64,000 nt of DNA from Squalus acanthias. Its lineage: Eukaryota. The notes below the pieces were generated by a model that saw only the letters and a list, made by a program, of their open reading frames with translations, searched no databases and was not told the DNA's origin. Both the position numbers and the translations under genes were made by a program. Position 1 is the first letter of the stretch; the number at the start of each line of letters is the position of its first letter. Below are positions 1-8,440 of this stretch, in pieces. The stretch spans positions 310,001 to 374,000 of the forward strand of contig JASTWF010000035.1 in assembly GCA_030390025.1 (NCBI GenBank), in the 5' to 3' direction.

Positions 1-108
1 GCGGTGTACAAACTTGTTTTATCAATTTCCGCGAAATCGAATTCGTAAAAACTGTCTGAACATCTTGGTCAACAGGACCTGATATAACTGTTCCGTCTTT
101 TTGGGGCA
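1..108 (-). pseudogene. env: env of provirus B, continuation beyond the provirus A insertion
   Basis: The reverse complement matches A env about 9284-9390. It has one extra base in the A run at 47-51 (frameshift or sequencing error). Confidence 0.9.
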
Positions 109-226
109 TGTAGAATTCGCAATATATCGCGATTTGATTAATAAGGAGAAAAACACAGAGTTTCGTTCAAACAGCTTTTATTTCAGCAGAATGCTGGCAG
201 GTTTAAATTGGACACAAGCAGCCTGT

Positions 227-289
227 AAAATGGCCGCCGCGCCTCGTGACAGAACATTCTAGACTTTTCAACAGGCAGACAAGATGGCG
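227..289 (+). promoter_or_regulatory. Two YY1-like motifs in U3
   Basis: AAAATGGCCGCC (227-238) and CAAGATGGCG (280-289). The cores AAAATGGCCGCC and CAAGATGGCG are retained in LTRs B and C. Confidence 0.45.
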
Positions 290-684
290 TTCCAATAAAC
301 ATTTGTGCAAGATCGATTAAGATTCAGCACAGTGAAGATAATACACGAGACATTATGGGTTTGCAGTATAAACATAGATACTGGAATCGGTCTCCCAGGT
401 ACAAAGGAAAGCCATTGTACCGAGTAATCAAGGGCCCATCCAAAAGACATTAATATGTAAAATCCCAACGACTCTACGATGAGAGAGCCGTTAGCAGGTA
501 GTTATACAGGACACTTGGAAGCCCCAAACCCCTCCAGGGAGAACACCGACCGATTTAACAATGGGAGAAATATTAACAGGTACTCAGACATTTACGAGTA
601 GCCCCGAAACCCATTAAGAACGGAGATCACCCATACAAGACATTTGGGCGCCAAACCCTAAACAAAAGAATGGACATTATAGTT

Positions 685-740
685 GGGCGGGAAACGGAAG
701 ATTTTTGCACTATAATTGCAGGCTCCAAACCGTCCATTCT
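685..740 (+). promoter_or_regulatory. Putative LTR core promoter: GC box, ETS site, TATA-like box, initiator
   Basis: GGGCGG (685-690), CGGAAG (695-700), TATAAT (711-716) and CCATTCT (Inr-like YYANWYY, A at 736, 25 nt after TATA). The GC/ETS/TATA block is conserved in the diverged LTRs B and C. Confidence 0.6.
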
Positions 741-949
741 CTCTCTTGCTCTTGCATTCGCTCGCTTGCTCCTGTGCTTTTATCCGGTCGATTCGTAACC
801 TCGTGGCTGCTCCTGTGTACTCGTAGTTGGGCTTCTGCTTGCCTGTTGCCTCTTCTGAAAAGACTGTTGAACTTTCTGATCCGTTCGGATCTACCTCGTG
901 TCGCGTAACGAAGACCTATGTTGGTAACTGGCAGCGGAACCAAAGGCCC

Positions 950-979
950 GAGATGAGATGAGATGAGATGAGATGAGAT
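950..979 (+). repeat. (GAGAT)6 microsatellite inside the LTR
   Basis: Six copies in both A LTRs; fewer copies in solo LTR C and LTR B. Confidence 0.9.
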
Positions 980-1575
980 GAGAAGAGAGGAAGACCATAT
1001 CCATCGCCACGGTCAGTAAATCCCGACCGCGCCTGTAGGTCGATTAGCCAAGTTTTCCTCGCCAGGAAGATTTCTCTTTTGAACTTTTAACAAAACATAT
1101 TGCATCGACGATAACTGGACTGTGTCCAAGGAGACTGGAACGTGAAAACACATCGTATCGATGATATTGACAACTGTGCTCCAAGAGTACCTGTTAAGCC
1201 AACCAACACAGGTCTTCATCACAGCAGACGGTCCAGCCTGCTAGCCGGAGCAGCAGAAGCAAGTAAACAAGTGGGACCAGGAGATCTCCTGACCGACACG
1301 TGGGTGCTGCGGTGAAAAACATCCGATCAGCTATTCGGAATTTCTCCGAGTTATCACGAGTGGTGAGCATGAGTCTCGAGATCCTACGAAGCTAGTTTAG
1401 GATAGATATTGATAGGGGAGGGTTTAAGGATTAAGGATATTTGTAATGTGTGCCCCTATTTACTTTGTGCCGTTCGTTCCTCGTTTCCCTAAGATCGACT
1501 ATATAACTGTTTGTAAGATTGTACTGTCATTAATCTGTGCTTATGACATGTATTTCATAATCTTAAGTATCATGC

Positions 1576-1581
1576 AATAAA
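1576..1581 (+). terminator. Putative polyadenylation signal in the LTR (functional copy expected at 12701-12706)
   Basis: AATAAA about 250 nt before the LTR end, conserved in all four LTR copies. Confidence 0.6.
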
Positions 1582-1836
1582 GATTTTCCATTTCGTACCA
1601 TTCAAACCAAGTCTACATGAGTTTTATCTCCATTACTGCTCTCGCATCTAAGTCCAGTGTCTAGAACCGTAAGGGAGAGTGATTCGAACCACTCACAGGT
1701 GTGTCTAGTGTTCCCAGACTGGCTGGAGACCAGAACAGGCAACCAGGCCTAGACCCGCACTGACATACAGGCTGCACAGAGCCGCGTGAATCTCACAGGC
1801 TGCGAGACACGCAGGGTCAGGAATCCCTTACAGAAA

Positions 1837-3648
1837 ATGGCGACCGCGGCAGGACACTGGCAGCGAGAGGGTAGTGTGTTAGATTTTGGAATGACTGTAC
1901 GAAATGTTATGCAGGAAAAGATAGCGGATTATGTGTTTGGAAAGGTTAATCTAACTAAGAAATGGATAAGTGAATTGTTAGCGGATAAGAGCCCACTAGA
2001 GGCAGCTGAAAGGTGGACAGATAGTAAAGAACATAGAAAGACACTTGAGAAAGCAGTCTGGCTTATGTGTTACAAAAGGCAGGTTCAGATTTCAAACCAG
2101 ACCATTACAGCGCTAGTAGCTCGAATCAGTCATTTAGAGGGAGAAATGGAGGAGAAGGTTTCTGGAGGGGAGGTGCTCATTAAGAATTTAAATGAGTTAC
2201 ACCAAGAAAGCCAGGAAGTCTCCAGTCACCTTAAAACAAGGATAGATTATCTCGAGTGCCAGGTCACTGAGGCAAAATTGAATGAGAGCAGGTTAAAGGA
2301 AAGATGTAACCGCCAAGCTGCCCAGATAAGGACTCAAGAAGAGAGCTTAATGGGGGTTAGGTCGGCATATAAGTTGGCCCTTGAGGATAAGTTTCAGGGA
2401 GCCGATCATAGCGCCTGCCAAAGGGAGATAGAGCACCTCAAAAAGGCCGTGAACAATGCGAACGGCATGGTGTGCCTTATCAATCCGTCGGCGCACCAGC
2501 CGCTAGTAAATGAGAGATTTAAAAAATCCCCACCAAGTAAAGCAGAAGAAGTAGTAGCCACTGCGCCCTCCGCGCCACCCAGCTATTCAGAAACCTGGGT
2601 TAGGGAGGAAGCAATGGAAGAAACAAAAGAGCCCATTGAAAAGGAAGTAGAAAAGGGATCGCTGTATCCAGTAACGGGTATTAAAAGGGGCCCAAGCAGA
2701 AACGGTGGGGAAGAACCGGGGGATCTCCTCGGACAGCTGGTGTTGCCTCACAGTTCACATCAGCTGAGAGCTATGATAAATCACGTACGGAAGCTGACCG
2801 AGATAGACGACCCTTCCGTACATTTCAGAGAAGTTGAGCAAGCCGCAGCCATTAACGGCTGCGATGATGGGGAGACAGCAAAAATGCTGCTGTTCTCATT
2901 AGACAGCTCGGTCCTTCAGTGTCTCTCAGGCGAGAGCAAGAGGGGAAACAAGACTTATGAGGAATTAAAGAATGAGGTCCTAGAAGTGTTGGGGGCGAAC
3001 GACGAAGGTCCGTTTGCTAGAGTGGGACAGACAGTGCAGATGGAGGGAGAACCCCCGAAGGTTTTTGCCGACAGGCTGTGGCCAGTATATGAGCGCAGCT
3101 GTCTAGGTGCGCCCGAGCGCGAAGATGTGGAAGGCGCTGCTTTAACTCATTGGCTTAGGTGCATAATAGCCAACAGTTTACCAGCCGTTAGAGAGCAGGC
3201 AAAAGCATGGTTTGATCCCAATGACCTCAACATTACGGAAGAGTCGGTCTTGAATCGACTCACGTTAGGTTATCGCAATATAAGGGGTATGGCAACACGT
3301 CCCCTTAAGGGAAGAGTACATGAGGTACGACCCGCAGCCCCGTATCAAAGAGAGTGGCATCAGGAGGGTAATCGCGCCCCACAGGCAAGTAATGCTTGTT
3401 ACGGGTGTGGGAAGACAGGGCACTGGCGCAAGCATTGCAGGAACCCTTGGAAGGATTCCAAGGATAAAAATCCCGCGGTGCGAGCCCAGGCGCCTGTCCC
3501 GGCTAAGGAAGCCAAGGCACCCACCCCTCCTGACGACCTCGAAGCAGTGTTAGGAGCCATGCGCAAGCTGGTCTTGAATGCGCGTGGACAGGTGGCGGTC
3601 GCAACCGGCCCCGTAGGTGCCGCAGGACCGTCTAATAGTGCCCCATGA
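1837..3648 (+). CDS. gag: Gag polyprotein (603 aa)
   Basis: Starts MATAAGHW (AAAATGG context). N-terminal coiled-coil-like region, PSAPPSY motif, capsid-like region and a single CCHC knuckle CYGCGKTGHWRKHC (3397-3438). Homologous intact ORF in provirus B. Confidence 0.93.
   Translation: MATAAGHWQREGSVLDFGMTVRNVMQEKIADYVFGKVNLTKKWISELLADKSPLEAAERWTDSKEHRKTLEKAVWLMCYKRQVQISNQTITALVARISHLEGEMEEKVSGGEVLIKNLNELHQESQEVSSHLKTRIDYLECQVTEAKLNESRLKERCNRQAAQIRTQEESLMGVRSAYKLALEDKFQGADHSACQREIEHLKKAVNNANGMVCLINPSAHQPLVNERFKKSPPSKAEEVVATAPSAPPSYSETWVREEAMEETKEPIEKEVEKGSLYPVTGIKRGPSRNGGEEPGDLLGQLVLPHSSHQLRAMINHVRKLTEIDDPSVHFREVEQAAAINGCDDGETAKMLLFSLDSSVLQCLSGESKRGNKTYEELKNEVLEVLGANDEGPFARVGQTVQMEGEPPKVFADRLWPVYERSCLGAPEREDVEGAALTHWLRCIIANSLPAVREQAKAWFDPNDLNITEESVLNRLTLGYRNIRGMATRPLKGRVHEVRPAAPYQREWHQEGNRAPQASNACYGCGKTGHWRKHCRNPWKDSKDKNPAVRAQAPVPAKEAKAPTPPDDLEAVLGAMRKLVLNARGQVAVATGPVGAAGPSNSAP
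1838..1855 (+). other. Primer-binding site, tentatively tRNA-Ser-like
   Basis: TGGCGACCGCGGCAGGAC begins 5 nt after the LTR terminal CA and is identical in provirus B. TGGCG....CGGCAGGA resembles the complement of tRNA-Ser 3' ends (recalled, imperfect match). Confidence 0.7.
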
Positions 3649-6600
3649 CTAGAACCAGCACAGCCCGTCTACCTGTGTCCGCTTAGCTATGATGCGTGGA
3701 GGCGACCTGTGGTGGAGATGGAGGTAGAGAAACAGAAGGGCAGTTATTTGTTGGACACGGGAGCTTCTTGCACCATAATCCATACAGATAACCCTTTTGA
3801 CTCGCCGCTATCTACCAAGGTCCCATTCACGTTGGCAGGGTTCACAGGAAAAGAACAGGCTGGCACGTTTTCCCTTCCGCTATCCATTCGTTTAGGAACA
3901 CTTCGCCTTAAGTGGAAGTGTATACTGATGGCATGGCAAAAGGGGGGTGGAAGAGGTATTCTTGGGTCCGATCTCCTAGCGGGACACGGGATCCTCGTGG
4001 ACCTCAGAAATCACTGTCTCTGGGGGGCTAAAGGTGAAAAGGGCGAGGTAATAGTGATTCCGGGGGAGGAAGAAACAGGGGTCCTGTGTACCGTACAGCC
4101 ATCCGGAGGCTACGACCTCAGGCTTATGGTCGCAGATGTCCCAACGGACATGCAAACGTACGTGTCAGATAATATGCACGCGTTTGCAACCCACAAGCAC
4201 GATTGTGGGAGAGTGGTCGGGTTTGAGGTCAGCGTAGATGGGGACCCCATGACCCGACCCCAAAAGCAGTATAACTTCCCCAAAGAAGCCGAACCCGATA
4301 TGGAGACAGCAATGTCTTCCTTGGTGCAGCAGGGCGTGTTGAGGCCGATAGCCACACACGTGAACTCCCCATTATGGCCGGTTAGGAAGCCGGATAATTC
4401 GTGGAGAGCCACGGTGGACTACAGAGTCCTTAACGGTAACATTCCCGCCTGCGCGCCCACAGTAGCAGCAGTTGCTGACCTAATAGGGAGCATCCCAGCC
4501 TCCGCGACCACGTTCACGGTGCTGGATATCTCGAACGGTTTTTGGTCCATCCCGCTGCGGCGAGAGGACCAGTACAAGTTTGCCTTTACTTTCAAAGGGC
4601 AACAGTACACGTGGAACTGTCTGCCACAGGGTTTCCACAATAGCCCCAGTATTTTTCATCAGTGTATGGCAGGAAGTTTAAAGGAGTTTAGTCAGCCCAA
4701 TCAGATAGTACAGTATGTGGACGATTTGCTCCTATTTACGGACTCAAGGGAGGAGCACGGACCACTACTGGACGAGTTATTGGAACTGTTAGCGAGAAAG
4801 GGTTTTAAAATAAACCCTAAGAAAGCACGTATCGGTCAGCGGGAAGTAAAATTCCTGGGACTGACCATACGCGCTGGGGAAAGAGCCATAGACAAAGCAA
4901 GGAGGGAGTCGGTGCAAGAATTACCGATTCCCAACAACGTAAGGGGTGTGAGGTCCTTCTTGGGACTGACCGGTTACTGCAGGGATTTTATCGAAGATTA
5001 TGCGGCCACAGCGGCGCCGCTCCTCCGACTCCTCCATAAGGGGGTGGAGTGGCTTTGGGACGAGGGCTGCCAAGCAGCCTTCGAGAAGTTAAAAAGGGAT
5101 CTGCAGACCGCGCCAGCCTTAGGGGCCATAGATGGGGGGAAGGAGTTTTTCCTGGAGGTAGCTGCCAGCGGAGACAGCTTAAGCGCCGTGCTGCTCCAAG
5201 AGCGTCACGGCAAGCTGAGGCCGGTTGTCTATTCATCCAGGGTATTAACGGATGTGGAGAGAAGTTTCTCCAATTGCGAAAGGCACCTTTTAGCCACGCA
5301 TTGGGCTGTGAAAAGATCAGCGATCTTCACAGGGCTCTCTCCCATCACTCTCCTCACACATCACACACCAACTAAGATGCTTCTGGATGGGAGGATTAAA
5401 GACGGGACCGTAAGCAGCGCACGCATTGCGCGTTGGACCCTTCTTCTCTCCCAGTTGGATCTTAGAGTAAAAGGTCTTTGCGAGCCAAGGCTTGCGGCCA
5501 ATTTGGTATACCCCGGTACAGCCCACCGGTGTTCGGTGGAAGGGGTATGGGACGTCAACATAGGTTTACGGGCCGGGATACATCCCACTGGGCGCGAGAT
5601 TTATGTTGATGGGTCTAGCACAGTGTCTGCTGGCGAGCGACTCACAGGGTGTGGAGTTTATGACCCTGCGGCAGACCTTGCCCTGGCGATCAAGCTCCCT
5701 AGCACCATGAGCGCGCAGCAGGCTGAGCTGTCTGCCGTGGTGTACGTTGTGACCCACCCAGACATTTTCCCAACCCCATACACGATTTGCTCGGACAGTA
5801 TGTTCACCTGCAATTCGTGTACGGAATACCTGGCCATTTGGTCCCGCCGCGGATACACCTCCGCGGACGGGCGACCTTTAACGGTGAAGCCCTTGCTGGA
5901 AAAGATCTTAGCAGCAGCAGTAGGGGAGGAAGGAGAGATTTTCATCCATAAGGTGAAAGCTCACTCCTCCACAGAGCCCCGTGGGGAGGGCAACCGACAG
6001 GCGGATGCGCTAGCCAGGGAGGGTGCCCGCGACGGCACTTTCTGGAACCCCTATAGGACCGGACCCATAGCAGCGGTCCGAGGCGGGGACGGGAATCCCG
6101 GGAACACCAGGGTAGCATTGCCCCTAGACCTCAAGACCGTCCAAGCCCAGGATCCCGCCCTAAAAGCAGTCCTAAAAACGATTGCTGAGGGGAGGCAGGT
6201 AGAAGGTCCGTACAGTACGGCAACCCTCTCAGTTAAGGAAGGCATGCTGTTCCGCGAGGAGCAGTGGGTTGTGCTGCAGCAGCACAGGAGGGAATTCCTC
6301 CAGTTGGCTCACGAGGGACCAGGGGCAGGGCACCCCGGGCCCGAGGTTACCTGGCAACGGGTAGAGCAAGCGGGATGGTGGCCAGGGCTCAGGGAACAAG
6401 TCCGCGAGTTCTGTGCAAACTGTCTTGTGTGCGCTGCAAACAACCCAGACCCCCAGAAAAGGAAGGTGCCCATGGGACACGTAAGAAGGGTAGAGGGACC
6501 ATGGCAGTCGATACAGATCGACTATATAGGACCCCTGCCCACCACCCAGGGAGGTTATAAGTACTGCCTCGTCCTGGTGGATGTGTTTTCCAAGTGGGTG

Positions 6601-8133
6601 GAAGCCTTCCCTTGTCGAACAGCTACGGCACTGGGTACAGCAAAAATCTTGGTCCGGGAAGTGTTCTCGCGGTGGGGACTCCCCCGTTTTGTGGAGTCAG
6701 ACCAAGGGAGTCATTTCACCGGCCAGGTGATGCAGAACACCCTCATGCTTTTGGGCATTGAAGGGAAGTGGCACGTAGCACACAATCCCCAGTCATCCGG
6801 GATTGTTGAACGTATGAACCGGACCCTGAAGGAGAAATTGAGGAAAGAGACTAGGAACTCGCCCCAAAAATGGGCGGAAGTTCTGCCTTTAGTCCTCATG
6901 GGGGTCCGAGCCAGTCAGTCAAAAAGTACGGGGTACTCCCCGCACGAGGTAATGACCGGCAGGCTCATGCGAACCCCCACCCATGTGCTAGCCCCGGTGC
7001 TCACTGAGGGTCAGCTCCAAGAGATAAGCAGGGACAAGTTCGCCCAGACTCTCTTGGAGCGCCTGAAGCAAGTTTATGAGCAGGCGGCTGGGAACATGGG
7101 AAGGCAGCATCAGGGCAATCGCTTGTTGCTGGAACCCCGCAAAACGCGGGAGTGGGAAGTAGGAGACCAGGTCATGGTCAGAAACTACGCCAGAGTAGGG
7201 AGTCTGGAACCACTGTATATGGGACCCTACAACATTGTAGACAAGGCGAGTCCCATGGTTTACGCCGTAAAAGTACCTCGGCGCATTAAGTGGTTCCACA
7301 TAAACCAATGCAAACTGTACCAGCCAGGTGCGCAGGGGAAAACCACAGGGGTAAATCCCGCCAATGGGAAAGCACAGCCCCAGGTAGGACCACAAGGCAC
7401 ACAGGCAGGCATAGCAGCTTGCATCAGGGGAAGGGACATCCCGGACGATCATGCAGCGTTTTTCTGGAATTGGGGGTTAGATGAGGAAGAACCCAGGGTA
7501 CCCTGGTCAGATGAGGATAGTGCAGATGAGCATAGTGATGATGACGGGTGGTTCCTGAGGAACGGTCTGGAGGGAATGGGGCCTATAGGTAGAGATCCAC
7601 ACAGGGTGGACACACAAGCTGCAGGTCCCGAGGACAGGAGGGAGGAGCTAGAGGAGGCAGGGCCAGCCGCTATAGGAGCACAGAGAGTACCGGTGTGGCT
7701 CCCAGAGATGTGGCCGCCCGCTTTGAACGTCCAGTCCTCAGGGGAGGCAGAGATCACGAGTGAAGGGCCGCCTGCTGGGCCGAGCAGGGCGGAGCCACGA
7801 ACTGCCAGCCCCGAGGTTAGGGAGGCGGAGTCAGCGGAGGCGGAGCCGGCGACTGTGATGGAACCCCAGGTCATCCCGTTGGAGGTCTCGGAACCCGGTC
7901 CGTCCGTCACGGAACCCCCGCCCATAGCAACTCCCCGTAGGTCAAGTAGAGAACCCCAGCCCAGGAGGATGTGGTCATGTCCCCAGACTGCCCCAAGGCG
8001 TAGACTTCAGGTTAAGATAACCCGGGTACAGACCGGCCACATCGCAGCAGTAACAGGCTGCGGCAGATCAGAGGGAAGGGTCAGTGCCCTCCCACCGTCG
8101 GGAAGAGCTCGCAGCAGCCTTCTCAGAATTTAA
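3649..8133 (+). CDS. pol: Pol (PR-RT-tether-RNase H-IN plus long C-terminal tail), in frame with gag after a single TGA
   Basis: PR: LLDTGAS, GILGSD. RT: LDISNGF, LPQGF, YVDD (4714-4725). RNase H: YVDGS, AELSA, SDS, GNRQAD. IN: HHCC, DYIGP, SDQG, VERMN, GPY. Confidence 0.96.
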   Translation, partial: LEPAQPVYLCPLSYDAWRRPVVEMEVEKQKGSYLLDTGASCTIIHTDNPFDSPLSTKVPFTLAGFTGKEQAGTFSLPLSIRLGTLRLKWKCILMAWQKGGGRGILGSDLLAGHGILVDLRNHCLWGAKGEKGEVIVIPGEEETGVLCTVQPSGGYDLRLMVADVPTDMQTYVSDNMHAFATHKHDCGRVVGFEVSVDGDPMTRPQKQYNFPKEAEPDMETAMSSLVQQGVLRPIATHVNSPLWPVRKPDNSWRATVDYRVLNGNIPACAPTVAAVADLIGSIPASATTFTVLDISNGFWSIPLRREDQYKFAFTFKGQQYTWNCLPQGFHNSPSIFHQCMAGSLKEFSQPNQIVQYVDDLLLFTDSREEHGPLLDELLELLARKGFKINPKKARIGQREVKFLGLTIRAGERAIDKARRESVQELPIPNNVRGVRSFLGLTGYCRDFIEDYAATAAPLLRLLHKGVEWLWDEGCQAAFEKLKRDLQTAPALGAIDGGKEFFLEVAASGDSLSAVLLQERHGKLRPVVYSSRVLTDVERSFSNCERHLLATHWAVKRSAIFTGLSPITLLTHHTPTKMLLDGRIKDGTVSSARIARWTLLLSQLDLRVKGLCEPRLAANLVYPGTAHRCSVEGVWDVNIGLRAGIHPTGREIYVDGSSTVSAGERLTGCGVYDPAADLALAIKLPSTMSAQQAELSAVVYVVTHPDIFPTPYTICSDSMFTCNSCTEYLAIWSRRGYTSADGRPLTVKPLLEKILAAAVGEEGEIFIHKVKAHSSTEPRGEGNRQADALAREGARDGTFWNPYRTGPIAAVRGGDGNPGNTRVALPLDLKTVQAQDPALKAVLKTIAEGRQVEGPYSTATLSVKEGMLFREEQWVVLQQHRREFLQLAHEGPGAGHPGPEVTWQRVEQAGWWPGLREQVREFCANCLVCAANNPDPQKRKVPMGHVRRVEGPWQSIQIDYIGPLPTTQGGYKYCLVLVDVFSKWVEAFPCRTATALGTAKILVREVFSRWGLPRFVESDQGSHFTGQVMQNTLMLLGIEGKWHVAHNPQSSGIVERMNRTLKEKLRKETRNSPQKWAEVLPLVLMGVRASQSKSTGYSPHEVMTGRLMRTPTHVLAPVLTEGQLQEISRDKFAQTLLERLKQVYEQAAGNMGRQHQGNRLLLEPRKTREWEVGDQVMVRNYARVGSLEPLYMGPYNIVDKASPMVYAVKVPRRIKWFHINQCKLYQPGAQGKTTGVNPANGKAQPQVGPQGTQAGIAACIRGRDIPDDHAAFFWNWGLDEEEPRVPWSDEDSADEHSDDDGWFLRNGLEGMGPIGRDPHRVDTQAAGPEDRREELEEAGPAAIGAQRVPVWLPEMWPPALNVQSSGEAEITSEGPPAGPSRAEPRTASPEVREAESAEAEPATVMEPQVIPLEVSEPGPSVTEPPPIATPRRSSREPQPRRMWSCPQTAPRRRLQVKITRVQTGHIAAVTGCGRSEGRVSALPPSGRARSSLLRI

Positions 8134-8440
8134 AGGGGGCCGCCCTGAGAACGGGCGGCACTGTATAGTAACAAGGTTAAGTTTTATAGTTCAAGGTTAA
8201 GTTTTAAGTTTATAGTTCAAGGTTAAGTTTATAGTTTTATTAAGGCTAAGTTTGTAGTGTTTTTAACAGAAAACGATAAAAATGATGGGAGTTTTTAAGA
8301 TAGGTTTAGTTGAAGTTTATTCAGCAAACGTTGAAGTTTACGTGAGGCGAGGTCAGGGGACCCGCTCACCCTTCACAAAAGCCAGAGACTCTTGCGAGGC
8401 TGGCTACCTCATTCTATCTGATCACAGGAACCAAGGAAGG

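Larger units (their letters stand above)
109..1832 (+). repeat. 5' LTR of provirus A (1724 bp)
   Basis: Starts TGTAGAATTCGC, ends GGAATCCCTTACA, and is followed by the PBS. Matches 11234-12957 at every position checked. Confidence 0.97.

Noticed and set aside
268..1222. Small ORFs within the LTRs
   Set aside because: Short, with no recognisable motifs, mostly alternative starts, and frames change among the LTR variants.
1786..1836. Gag N-terminal extension from GTG at 1786
   Set aside because: Non-ATG start inside the LTR; not preserved in provirus B.
6988..7925. Antisense ORFs over integrase and the Pol tail (also 14276-15306 in B)
   Set aside because: Explained as shadows of GC-rich coding sequence; extents differ between A and B and no motifs are evident.
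8282..8440. 53-aa N-terminal extension of Env from ATG 8282
   Set aside because: The signal peptide starts at 8441 and B has a 2-bp indel in this stretch. A foamy-like leader peptide cannot be fully excluded because B env is decayed.
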